A program made the position numbers and the translations under genes. From an uncultured Synergistaceae bacterium (GTDB taxonomy: Bacteria > Synergistota > Synergistia > Synergistales > 79-D21): a stretch of 64,000 nucleotides of DNA. Below the pieces are notes generated by a model. That model ran no database searches. It saw only the letters and a list, made by a program, of their open reading frames with translations, and was not told the origin of the DNA. Positions 8,953 to 18,051 of this stretch are shown piece after piece (within the stretch, counting starts at the first letter, position 1; the number at the start of each line of letters is the position of its first letter). The DNA lies in assembly GCA_964425765.1 (NCBI GenBank), contig CAYRNZ010000009.1:4675-68674 (forward strand), written 5' to 3'.

Positions 8953-9699
8953 TCAGTCCAGCTTGAGGACAAGCACCGGGTATCCTTTCTCCTGAAGTGT
9001 CTTGGACAGCTTGTCGGCATCGAGCCGTAGCTCTCCCGCCAGGACAACAACCTTTGTCAGGGCATTCTCTCCCGATTTCATCTCTGAAAGTATCGCAACG
9101 AAACCTTCCTCTTTCAATTTTTTTACAAGTTTTTCAGCGTTTGTTTTTTCTTTGAAGGCACCTACCTGTACACCCCACTTCACGCCTTTTGAAGAGGGGT
9201 CCGGCGATTTTGCCTGGCTCACGGGACTTTTCGGCACAGTCGGCGTCCCGCTTTCCGCAGTGGGTTGCGATGAAGCCGTTTTTCGGGTCTCGGGCTTCGT
9301 CTCCGTTTTTTCCGGAACTGTTTTTTTCGGCGGTTCCGGTTCTTTCTTCACAGGAACATTTCCTTCAGGTACCGCGATGATTTCCTCGCCCTCGTTGCCG
9401 GTTGTCACTACATTTCCTTCCTGGACTCCTGGCTGGACTGCCACGGCGGGCTCTTCTGCGGGTTTCACGATTTCCTCCCGGGAGGAAGGAAAGAAGAACA
9501 GCCGCACCCCGAGAACGAGTATCCCCACTGCCACGAGACCGACAATCGGCAGCATGAAATGGCCGAACCCGAAGCCCGTCTTGCGGGCGCGGTTCCGGCG
9601 ACTCCTGCGCGTGGGCAGCCGCCGCTGCGGGCGAGGATGATCTTCCGGGGAATTCGGAGCCTCTTCTTCCAATTCCCATTCGTCAGCTTCAGATCGCAT
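8953..9699 (-). CDS. SPOR domain-containing bitopic membrane protein (FtsN/DedD-like)
   Basis: Start taken at ATG 9699 (GGAGG SD). The layout is a charged N-terminus, one TM helix (FMLPIVGLVAVGILVLGV), a Pro/Glu/Lys-rich linker, and a C-terminal SPOR-like domain (WGVQVGAFKEKTNAEKLVKKLKEEGF...). Confidence 0.75.
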   Translation of the reverse strand: MRSEADEWELEEEAPNSPEDHPRPQRRLPTRRSRRNRARKTGFGFGHFMLPIVGLVAVGILVLGVRLFFFPSSREEIVKPAEEPAVAVQPGVQEGNVVTTGNEGEEIIAVPEGNVPVKKEPEPPKKTVPEKTETKPETRKTASSQPTAESGTPTVPKSPVSQAKSPDPSSKGVKWGVQVGAFKEKTNAEKLVKKLKEEGFVAILSEMKSGENALTKVVVLAGELRLDADKLSKTLQEKGYPVLVLKLD

Positions 9700-11191
9700 T
9701 ACTTTTCCTCCCCTCCCTCTTGGCGACAAGGGATTCCATCCAATCCAAATCCCCGGGCCCGGCCCACGAAAGGCGGTATTCAAGGTCCGCTTCTTTGGGA
9801 CTCGAAAACCGGGCTTCAATCCCCTTTCCGAGACCTTGGGAAAGCGCATCCTTGAGGAGCCTGAACTTTTCCTCCGCACCCCGTATCCCCGAGAACGTCT
9901 CGAACCCCCAGGGTGTCCCAGGTTTCGGCACAAAGGTGTTCACCGAAAGGGACACTCCCATTTTCAGGTCTTTCTTGATCTTACCCGAAAGCTCGGCAAT
10001 AGCCAGGAGGTCTTCCTCGCGTTCCCCCGGAAGCCCCACCATGAAATAAAGCTTGACCTTCTTCACCCCTTCTTCCCTGGCCATCTGGAGTTTTTCGAGG
10101 ATCTGCCCGTTGGTGAAGGTTTTACCGCAAAGGAAGCGCAACCGGTCCGAACCGGTTTCAGGCGCGACAGTCAGGCTTTCCCTCCCTGACTTCTTCAGGG
10201 ACCTGAGCATTCGGCGCGTTAGGTTGTCTATCCTGAGGGAGGCGAAAGACACACCCTTATCCAGCCTATCGAGATGGTCCAGGACTTCTTCCAGCCCGGG
10301 GTAATCCCCCGCTTCCGGCGTTACCAGCCCCACTTGTTCGAAGGGAACACGGGAAGCACAACTTTCCAGGTTCTCAAGGACCCTCTCCAGAGGTCTCTGC
10401 CTTGCCGGGGAGAAACAGGCTGGAAGTACACAATAAGGACACCCCCTGAAACAGCCTCTCTGAAGCTCAAGAAGCAGGGTCTTTCCGAATGTCGACCTGG
10501 GCGTTATCCATACTCCGTGTCCGACGGATTCACCACGAGGGGTTACCGAGGGGCGTTTCAGCCCCTTTTGCAGAGATGCGAGTGTTTTTTCTTCACCCAA
10601 GCCGGGGACAAGGATTGCCGGGTTATCGTCAAGCGCTTCCAGGAATCGTTCCCGGCTACCCCCGCGGGAGTAATCCCTGGCACAGTCCGCCAGAAGAGGA
10701 AGGATCGGCTCCCCATCACCCATCATAACGAAATCGGCCACGGAAAGAAGCATTTTCGGGTTGATGGAGGTTGAAGCCCCGGCAACTCCGATCAGGGGAT
10801 ACCCCCCGTCTTTCCTTTTTTCCCTGTCTGCGGGGATTCCGGCCTGGATCAGTTGCTGGATGAAATTCAGGGCATCTGGTTCATACGCGATGCTGGCCGT
10901 AATAACGGGAAAATCCTGCAGAGGCCGCCCATTCTCGACAGAAACACTGGGGATTGGCGAGTGGAAGAAACGTTCTACGCCGACCCCCAGTGTCTTAAGC
11001 TGGTAATAGACATAATGAAGTCCCAGATTCGACATCCCGGTTCCGTAGTCTGAGGGAAAGACCAGCGCCCAGGACAGAAAACCTCCCCGTTGCATCGGAA
11101 GGACTTCCACCTCCAGGCCCGTGATGGATTCCCACTCTCTACCGTGCCGATGACGCACTGGGGCGTTGGAGGCCGACCTTCTTCCCCTCAA
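9689..11191 (-). CDS. uncharacterised radical SAM protein (TIGR03960-like, B12-binding-like N-domain)
   Basis: CX3CX2C motif in LELQRGCFRGCPYCVL. The N-terminal LVFPSDYGTGMSNLGLHYVYYQL block is typical of this uncharacterised rSAM family. A TTG start at 11191 is preceded by GGGAGG; ATG 11095 is an alternative. Confidence 0.7.
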   Translation of the reverse strand: MRGRRSASNAPVRHRHGREWESITGLEVEVLPMQRGGFLSWALVFPSDYGTGMSNLGLHYVYYQLKTLGVGVERFFHSPIPSVSVENGRPLQDFPVITASIAYEPDALNFIQQLIQAGIPADREKRKDGGYPLIGVAGASTSINPKMLLSVADFVMMGDGEPILPLLADCARDYSRGGSRERFLEALDDNPAILVPGLGEEKTLASLQKGLKRPSVTPRGESVGHGVWITPRSTFGKTLLLELQRGCFRGCPYCVLPACFSPARQRPLERVLENLESCASRVPFEQVGLVTPEAGDYPGLEEVLDHLDRLDKGVSFASLRIDNLTRRMLRSLKKSGRESLTVAPETGSDRLRFLCGKTFTNGQILEKLQMAREEGVKKVKLYFMVGLPGEREEDLLAIAELSGKIKKDLKMGVSLSVNTFVPKPGTPWGFETFSGIRGAEEKFRLLKDALSQGLGKGIEARFSSPKEADLEYRLSWAGPGDLDWMESLVAKREGRKSNAI

Positions 11192-11217
11192 GAAAACGAC
11201 GCCTCCCGGCCGTTCGC

Positions 11218-12420
11218 TCAGTCGCCCGACTTCCGCCGACGAATGACCGAGGGGATGTCAAGATGATTGGTTGGTACTCCACTTATCTTGAAAAGGTCCT
11301 CTTCCTGGGAAGATGAGCGGACTTCCGCTTCCTCGAGGTCTATCCTGCTCTTCCGGACCCGAGGTGCTTGCGGAATCGGCTGCGAAGGCTGCGAAACCGC
11401 GGCAGGCCTGCGAACTGCATCGACTTTCCTCATCTGGACAGGCGCCGGTACGGGTTGTTCGGAAAATCCCGTCGCGATGACCGTGATCTGTATCTTCTCC
11501 CCCATCGACGGATCGACGACGTTCCCCCAAATGATCGTCGCATCCTCGTCGGCAGCCTCCGTTATGACGTTGGCCGCTTCGTTGATCTCATGAATGCCGA
11601 GGCTGGGGCCGCCCGTCACATTGAAAAGAACTCCCTTGGCACCGGCCATCTGTGTTTCCATCAGAGGGCTGTTGATCGCCGCACGCGCGGCAACCTCGGC
11701 GCGTCCTTCTCCTTCGGCCTCTCCGATGCCCATGATGGCCGAACCCGCATTGCTCATGACGGTCCGCACGTCCGCGAAATCAACGTTGACCAGGCCAGGC
11801 CTGAAGATAAGGTCGGTCACTCCCTGGACCGCCTGGCGCAGGACGTCGTCGGCAAGCCGGAAAGCATCGCAAAGCGCTGTCTTGCAGTCCGAGATCTCCA
11901 GCAGTTTGTCGTTCGGGATGACGATGAGCGCGTCGACCTTGTCCTTGAGGTTCTCGATCCCGGACTTGGCCTGCATTAGCCGCTTCCTGCCCTCGAAGGA
12001 AAAAGGCCGTGTGACGACAGCCACAACAAGCACGCCCATTTCCTTGGCGACTTCCGCTATGACGGGAGTCGAACCCGTGCCTGTCCCTCCACCCATCCCG
12101 GCGGTCAGGAAGACCATGTCTGCACCATCCAGGAGTTGGCGTATCTCCTCCCGGGATTCTTTGGCCGCTTTCATCCCGACATCGGGATCGGCCCCTGCTC
12201 CCAGGCCTCGGGTCAGTTCCTTCCCCAGAACGACGCGAACGTCTGCTTCGGAAGTCTGGAGATGCGCCATATCCGTGTTGGCCCCCACAAACTCCACTCC
12301 GACAAGGCCGCTTCGGGCTATATGGTTAAGGGCGTTGTTACCGCCGCCACCGATTCCCATGACCTTGATGACTTCCCTGAATGGACGGCTCGCTTTCTCG
12401 ATTTCAAAAATATCGGCCAC
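11218..12420 (-). CDS. ftsZ: cell division protein FtsZ
   Basis: Tubulin signature GGGTGTGSTPVIAEVAKE, the N-terminal IKVMGIGGGGNNA motif, and a conserved C-terminal peptide. Confidence 0.97.
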   Translation of the reverse strand: MADIFEIEKASRPFREVIKVMGIGGGGNNALNHIARSGLVGVEFVGANTDMAHLQTSEADVRVVLGKELTRGLGAGADPDVGMKAAKESREEIRQLLDGADMVFLTAGMGGGTGTGSTPVIAEVAKEMGVLVVAVVTRPFSFEGRKRLMQAKSGIENLKDKVDALIVIPNDKLLEISDCKTALCDAFRLADDVLRQAVQGVTDLIFRPGLVNVDFADVRTVMSNAGSAIMGIGEAEGEGRAEVAARAAINSPLMETQMAGAKGVLFNVTGGPSLGIHEINEAANVITEAADEDATIIWGNVVDPSMGEKIQITVIATGFSEQPVPAPVQMRKVDAVRRPAAVSQPSQPIPQAPRVRKSRIDLEEAEVRSSSQEEDLFKISGVPTNHLDIPSVIRRRKSGD

Positions 12421-12450
12421 GCCGTTCGCCTCCTGCAGTTCCCAGAATGG

Positions 12451-13773
12451 TCAAAACAGGTCTTTCACTGATTTCCTGATGTTTTCCATGACGGTCTTGA
12501 GTGCTCCATCACCGGTCTTTTTCCTTCCGTTGAGGCCCGGGGTTCCCGTCTTTCCTCGCCTTTGCCTGGTTCCGGGAGAAGTTCCGTCGGACGGCAGATC
12601 GGACTCCATGTATCGGTAGGGGTTTCTTTCCTTTTCCAGGATGTATCGTATGATACCCGCCCCGCCCGAGTATTCCTCGCTGTTCATCCCCGGAGGCATC
12701 CGGCTTGCATCGACCGGACCGGCTACGCGGACCGGCATGTCGAGAAGCCTCGAAACGTAGGCGTCGAGCCCCCCCAGCCTCGAAACACCGCCGGTGAGGA
12801 CAATGCCGCCGGGCATCATCGGAATGCCGGACTCCTTCAACTCGTTATCGACCAGTGAAGAGAAAAGTTCGTCCAACCGGCAGGCGATCACCTCTACGAC
12901 CTCCCTGGAACTGAAGCTCAAGGTCTTTCCCATGCTTTCGACTTCGATCTTTTCGTTCTGTGCAATGCTGTCAGGGGATAGAGAGACGCTCTTCTTGAGC
13001 GCATCGGCCTTGCTAATCGGAATCCTCAAGACACACGCCAGGTCATTCGTGATGTGGTCTCCGCCGACCGGGATGACGGACAGACGCCTGGGCCTTCCCT
13101 CGGAGAAAACGGCGACACCGGTCGTTCCTCCTCCCAGGTCCACGACTGCGACCCCGGCCATTGCCTCTTCGTTGGACAGGCATCCCAGCGAACTCGCAAG
13201 TGGCTTCATGACAAGCCCCGATACTTCCAGTCCCGCCTTTCCGACACAGTTGACGACGTTCTGGATGACTGCGCTCGGGACTATGATCGACTGGAGTTCA
13301 ACCTCGAGCCTAACTCCGGTCATGTCCAGGGGATCGTCGATACCCGAATGTCCGTCGAGAGTGTACTCCACCGGTATCGTGTGAAGGATGCAGCGATTGA
13401 CGGGAACGGCGATCTCGGATTGGGCGGCCTCAATTATCCGGTCGACATCGTCCAGGGTCACCTGTCTTGCAGACCGTCCCAGGGAGATCATTCCCCTGGT
13501 TCGTACGCTGGTCGCCTCGGCACCGGAAAAAGCGACGGTAACCTCTTCGATCCCGAGCCCAACCATGCTTTCCGCGTCCTCAACGGCCGCCTGGATGGAA
13601 CGGGTAGCCTGGTCGAGGTTAACGATCATCCCTTTCCGAATCCCCATGGAAGGGGCTTCCCCAACCCCGATGATCTGGGCTTCCCCAGAACGTGCATCCA
13701 TCTCCGCCACCACGACCGCTATCTTCGTGGTTCCAAGATCCAAACCGACCAAGAGATCGGGTTCTTCCTTCAC
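12451..13773 (-). CDS. ftsA: cell division protein FtsA
   Basis: Actin-like ATPase motifs (VGLDLGTTKIAVVV, VVDLGGGTTGVAVF) with a C-terminal amphipathic tail. Sits directly upstream of ftsZ. Confidence 0.95.
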   Translation of the reverse strand: MKEEPDLLVGLDLGTTKIAVVVAEMDARSGEAQIIGVGEAPSMGIRKGMIVNLDQATRSIQAAVEDAESMVGLGIEEVTVAFSGAEATSVRTRGMISLGRSARQVTLDDVDRIIEAAQSEIAVPVNRCILHTIPVEYTLDGHSGIDDPLDMTGVRLEVELQSIIVPSAVIQNVVNCVGKAGLEVSGLVMKPLASSLGCLSNEEAMAGVAVVDLGGGTTGVAVFSEGRPRRLSVIPVGGDHITNDLACVLRIPISKADALKKSVSLSPDSIAQNEKIEVESMGKTLSFSSREVVEVIACRLDELFSSLVDNELKESGIPMMPGGIVLTGGVSRLGGLDAYVSRLLDMPVRVAGPVDASRMPPGMNSEEYSGGAGIIRYILEKERNPYRYMESDLPSDGTSPGTRQRRGKTGTPGLNGRKKTGDGALKTVMENIRKSVKDLF

Positions 13774-14621
13774 TTAGATTCGCTCCCTTCCGGCCTTCCA
13801 GGCTTGCCGTCCGCTCCGTGGGGAACAACATTCCTTGCGACGATCTTCCCCTCATAGGTTGCGTCGATAACCACAATTTTCGCCTCGGACCTATCCTGTT
13901 CCCCCAGGATTTGCCTGGCCGCGGAAAAAACCGTTTCCCATCCGTCGGTTTGATCGTCCAGCTCCAATTGTATCCTTTGCTCGTTCCTTTGCGCAACGAT
14001 TTTCAGGAACCGTTCGCCCCCACGGGTCGAAACCACCGCATAGATCGGTCGGCCCAGCCATTTCTGCCGAGTAAGGTTTTCCTGCCATTTGTGAAGGTCC
14101 TCAAGCGGAAGGGCGGATCTTTGTACGACCGCGTCTTTCCTGTTGCTGTCCGAAAAAGGCCCCTGTAGCCCCTTGCCCCATACCCAGAGGGGCAGGGGCG
14201 CTTTTTTCGCCGGATCCCCGGTCTCAGGAATCGACAAGGTTTTAGGCCAGATGTAACCGCTTGAGGAAAGGGTATATTCCTTTCCCTGGTAGGAGATCTC
14301 GATCCATGGGATATGCGGTTTTACCGCGATGGAAATGAGCCCCCAGCCGGAAACGGAAACCGCGATGTCGGCCGGGAAGCGCTCTTCCAGTTCTCTAGCG
14401 ATGGACTCCCTTCTGACCAGGGGAATGAGCCAGAAACGCCTCGAAAAGCTTCCGATCGAACGCCATAGGACCTGGTCGGGCAGGCTTCCGGGGGGTGTTA
14501 TTGTCAGCTCGACGAGTCTAAGGATCTGGTAATGACTCTCGAACCCGCAGAAAACACCGAGAAGAAGGGCCAGCCATAAGAGCTTCCGCCCGTTACGGCC
14601 CCCTTTACTCCCATGGGCCAC
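13770..14621 (-). CDS. ftsQ: cell division protein FtsQ/DivIB
   Basis: An N-terminal TM helix followed by POTRA-like and FtsQ-type domains. Positioned between murB and ftsA as in dcw clusters. Confidence 0.7.
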   Translation of the reverse strand: MAHGSKGGRNGRKLLWLALLLGVFCGFESHYQILRLVELTITPPGSLPDQVLWRSIGSFSRRFWLIPLVRRESIARELEERFPADIAVSVSGWGLISIAVKPHIPWIEISYQGKEYTLSSSGYIWPKTLSIPETGDPAKKAPLPLWVWGKGLQGPFSDSNRKDAVVQRSALPLEDLHKWQENLTRQKWLGRPIYAVVSTRGGERFLKIVAQRNEQRIQLELDDQTDGWETVFSAARQILGEQDRSEAKIVVIDATYEGKIVARNVVPHGADGKPGRPEGSESK

Positions 14622-15528
14622 CGAGGAGGTTCACCTCCATCTCCAGCAAAATCCCGCTCGCCTCGAAAACCCTGCGGCGACAAAGCTGGATGAGTTCCCA
14701 GATATCCCCTGCAGTGGCAGAACCCGTGTTCTCTACGAAATTGGCGTGAAGTGGGGAAACTCTCGCGTCCCGGACAGAAAGGGCTTTGCACCCGGCTCGA
14801 TCCAGCAGCATTCCGGCCGGTTCTAGGCCGGGACCCGGATTTTTGAAAACGCACCCGGCGGTTCTGGCCCCATGTGGCTGACCACGGCGCAGCGACCAGA
14901 AGCGCAGGATATTCCCTCGCACCTGCACCGGGTTGGCTCTCTCCAGGTTCAGGCAACACCTGGTCAAAAGCCGCGTCCCCACTGCGAGGGAACTGGAACG
15001 GTAAGAGAAGCACAATTCCTCCCTTTCCCAGCGTTTTACGGTTCCATCTTCCTCGACCGTCTCCACCCATTCGATCCTATTCCCGATCGATTCCTTGCCT
15101 GCCCCCGCGTTGCACATCAGTGCACCGCCGATACTTCCATGGATGCCGGTGGCAAATTCCAGCCCCGCGTAACCGTTCGAGAGACAAAAATTAAGCAGAC
15201 GCCGGGTAGGACACCCGCCGTCTGCTTCCAGCAAGACTTTCTCACGTGACCCGGGAACAAGGTTGAAACCGTCAACCTTCCCCATCCAGATCGTCAAACC
15301 TTCGAGCCCTTCCGGGTGGATGAGAACATTGCTCCCCCCCCCTATCAACCAGGTGGGAACTCCCTCCCGTCGACAGTTGGCAAAAGCTTCCCGCGCCTCA
15401 CGGGCATTCACTGGCACGAAAAGGTATTCGGCTTTCCCGCCTACCCTCCATGTGCTCAGGGGAGAGAGGCTTGCCCTCTTTTCGAGCGAGATTCCCAGTT
15501 TTTCCTCAAGCGCTGACGGCCATGGCAT
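14605..15528 (-). CDS. murB: UDP-N-acetylenolpyruvoylglucosamine reductase MurB
   Basis: FAD-binding domain (GGGSNVL), plus C-terminal GCVFKNP and SPLHANF motifs. Confidence 0.9.
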   Translation of the reverse strand: MPWPSALEEKLGISLEKRASLSPLSTWRVGGKAEYLFVPVNAREAREAFANCRREGVPTWLIGGGSNVLIHPEGLEGLTIWMGKVDGFNLVPGSREKVLLEADGGCPTRRLLNFCLSNGYAGLEFATGIHGSIGGALMCNAGAGKESIGNRIEWVETVEEDGTVKRWEREELCFSYRSSSLAVGTRLLTRCCLNLERANPVQVRGNILRFWSLRRGQPHGARTAGCVFKNPGPGLEPAGMLLDRAGCKALSVRDARVSPLHANFVENTGSATAGDIWELIQLCRRRVFEASGILLEMEVNLLGGPWE

Positions 15529-16957
15529 CTTTTATGGGCTCTTGCTGCTCGAGGCGGCTCATGAGAAATTCACAAGCCCCGTTCACGTTCCCTGCGCCCA
15601 AGGTGAGAACAAGGTCTTCCCGGCGTGTTTCGCTGCCGATCCGCTCGACAGCTTCCGCAAGATCTTCGCAGAGGGTGACCTGGCGGGCACCGTTTTCCAT
15701 CATCCTGCGGGCGATGAGGTCCGAGCTGACTCCCGGAATAGGTCTTTCGTCTGCTCCGTAGATCGGGACTAGGAAGAGACGGTCGGCCCGGGCCAGGGCT
15801 TCCGCGAACTCCCCGAAAAGGGCCGCGGTCCTCGTGTAACGGTGAGGCTGGAAAAGCGTTACGATCCTCCTGCCCGGGAAAATCGACCGGATAGCGTCAA
15901 GAGTCGCTGCCACTTCCCTGGGATGGTGGCCGTAATCGTCGTAAATATCAACCTCACCGACCGAGCCCATGTACTGCAAGCGGCGTTTGGCCCCCTTGAA
16001 CCCTTTCAAGGCATCGCTCGCGACCTCGAAGGGGACGTTCATGCAGGAAGAAGCCGCACAAGCAGCCAAGGCGTTGAGCACGTTGTGCTCTCCCGAGACT
16101 TTCAGCGAAATAGAGCCTTTTTCCTTGCCATGGTGCAAGACCGTGAAAGTGACTCCGCCTCCGGGAACGTGCGTAACGTCATAAGCGCCCCAATCCCAGC
16201 CCTCTCCCCAACCATACGTTACCAAGGACCCCTTTCCTTCGCCTTCCGCGTTCAAGCTTATAAGTCGGCCGGCTCCAGGGTCTTCCCCGCAAATGACGAC
16301 AGACGATTCCTTCTTCCTCTTCTGGAGGAAGCGCATGAAGGCTTGCTCGACCTCTTGCTGGGTCTTGTAATGGTCCACGTGGTCCCAATCCACGTTCGTC
16401 ACGATTGCGACATTGGTTCGGAACATCTCGAACGAACCGTCACTTTCGTCCAGCTCGGCAACCATCGGCAATCCTGCGCCCAAGCGGGCATTAGCCCCGA
16501 TATCGCAGAGTTCGCCCCCGATCGCCACGGTCGGTTTCAATCCCGCCCGGTCCAGGATCAAAGCGGTCATCGACGACGTCGTCGTTTTTCCGTGTGTCCC
16601 GGCAATCCCTACACCAAATCGCTCGTTGAAGAGGGCGCTGAGGACCTCCGCACGTCTCGCGGTAGAAATCCCCCTTTTCCTCGCCTCCACGAGTTCCTCG
16701 TTGTAGTCTGGAATTGCGCTGCTGTAAACCAGCAAGTCCGGGTTATAACGGTCAAGATGCGCAGGGTCATGTCCAAGAACGCAATCTACCCGCCGGGCGA
16801 TCAATTTTTCCATGTAATACGAGTGAGCCATATCACACCCTGAAACCTCGAAACCAAGCTCGGAAAGAAGGGCAGCAAGCCCACTCATTCCTGAGCCGCC
16901 GATTCCGAGCAGGTGGACGTTCCTGATCCTGTCATGGCTCAGTTTTAGTCCGTCCAA
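15506..16957 (-). CDS. murC: UDP-N-acetylmuramate--L-alanine ligase MurC
   Basis: HLLGIGGSGMSGLA and GIAGTHGKTTTSSM motifs of Mur ligases. Confidence 0.93.
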   Translation of the reverse strand: MDGLKLSHDRIRNVHLLGIGGSGMSGLAALLSELGFEVSGCDMAHSYYMEKLIARRVDCVLGHDPAHLDRYNPDLLVYSSAIPDYNEELVEARKRGISTARRAEVLSALFNERFGVGIAGTHGKTTTSSMTALILDRAGLKPTVAIGGELCDIGANARLGAGLPMVAELDESDGSFEMFRTNVAIVTNVDWDHVDHYKTQQEVEQAFMRFLQKRKKESSVVICGEDPGAGRLISLNAEGEGKGSLVTYGWGEGWDWGAYDVTHVPGGGVTFTVLHHGKEKGSISLKVSGEHNVLNALAACAASSCMNVPFEVASDALKGFKGAKRRLQYMGSVGEVDIYDDYGHHPREVAATLDAIRSIFPGRRIVTLFQPHRYTRTAALFGEFAEALARADRLFLVPIYGADERPIPGVSSDLIARRMMENGARQVTLCEDLAEAVERIGSETRREDLVLTLGAGNVNGACEFLMSRLEQQEPIKDAMAVSA

Positions 16958-18051
16958 TTTACTTCTCCCCCTTCAAGAGTCCTGAGGATTTTTCCCAAGA
17001 AAACCTGGTTGCTGTGCTCTGCGGCGATTCCCGGATCCACGGAACTGGCATCTTCCGCTTCGCTTTTTCTTCCCAGCTGGATCAACCTGGCCACTAGCTC
17101 TCCCACGCTACCGCGCATTTCATCCCAGACAAGGCCGCATCCGCATTCCTCAAAAAGCCGCGCGTTTTCTGCCTGGTGGTCGTCACGGGATTCTGGCCAG
17201 GGAACAACCAGGGCTGGAATCGCCCAGGCCCGCAACTCCGAGAGCGTCGAAGCCCCTCCCCTGGCTACGGCAACATCCGCAAGGGAATAAAGGGGTCCCA
17301 TGTCCCAACGTCGCGGTATCCCCCAGACTCTATCCGACGGGTGATTATCCCCCATTTCCTTCCCCATGACAAGAAACGACCATCCCGTGAATTCCGGAAG
17401 CCCCGATATCTCAGTTACTTTTCCGGCAAGGGCGATGCTTCCAAGGGATCCTCCAAGGACAAGGCATATCCTGCCGTCGGGCAAATCACCCAACCCTAGT
17501 TTATTCCAAGCATCTCGGCGAGGCAAACGCTTCATGGGGCGAACCGGGACGCCAATTTCCTCGAACTGCCCTTTCAAAAAAGGCCTGCAGGCTTTCCAGC
17601 CCGTCAGAGGGACTATCCCCAGGCGTGCCGCCAGGCGGGTGACCTTCCCTGCGACGGCATTCTGCTCGTGGACCAGGGTCCTGACGTGCTTCAGCCTCCC
17701 TGCCACCAACGCCGGGAAAGAGATGTATCCCCCGAAGAGAACACAGGCATCCGGCTTCGTTTCCCCGAAAAAACGCGCCATCTCACGCAGCGACTGCAAA
17801 ACCTGGACCCAACGGGTAACGGCCCGGACGGCCCCCATGCCGAGGGGGGATCCTTCGCAGGGAAGAAAGACCGGTTCGATGCCGGCGTTCCTGTAAATCT
17901 CCAGTTCCAGCGGCCTGTTGCCGGAGACGTAGGAAATCTCGAGATCCGGCATTCTGGAAGAAAGCCATTGCCCCAGGCCGATGGCCGGGAAAATATGCCC
18001 GCCCGTACCTCCTGCGACAAGGACGAGACGCTTCAGGCCTGTCGGTTGCAC
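16945..18051 (-). CDS. murG: undecaprenyldiphospho-muramoylpentapeptide beta-N-acetylglucosaminyltransferase MurG
   Basis: Carries LVLVAGGTGGHIFPAIGL. The ORF-track start at 18978 would overlap all of ftsW in another frame, so I take the in-frame GTG at 18051 (VQPTGLKRLVLVAGG...), which overlaps the ftsW stop by 19 nt. Confidence 0.88.
   Translation of the reverse strand: MQPTGLKRLVLVAGGTGGHIFPAIGLGQWLSSRMPDLEISYVSGNRPLELEIYRNAGIEPVFLPCEGSPLGMGAVRAVTRWVQVLQSLREMARFFGETKPDACVLFGGYISFPALVAGRLKHVRTLVHEQNAVAGKVTRLAARLGIVPLTGWKACRPFLKGQFEEIGVPVRPMKRLPRRDAWNKLGLGDLPDGRICLVLGGSLGSIALAGKVTEISGLPEFTGWSFLVMGKEMGDNHPSDRVWGIPRRWDMGPLYSLADVAVARGGASTLSELRAWAIPALVVPWPESRDDHQAENARLFEECGCGLVWDEMRGSVGELVARLIQLGRKSEAEDASSVDPGIAAEHSNQVFLGKILRTLEGGEVNWTD

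Noticed and set aside
11594-12619. 341-aa plus-strand ORF
   Set aside because: It is exactly antisense to ftsZ, which is unambiguous. Its translation is Ser/Arg/Pro/Thr-rich low-complexity sequence, typical of the opposite strand of a GC-rich gene. The same reasoning applies to the other long plus-strand ORFs, for example 15842-16843 (opposite murC), 33248-34099 (opposite ntpC), 530-1117 and 1290-2153.
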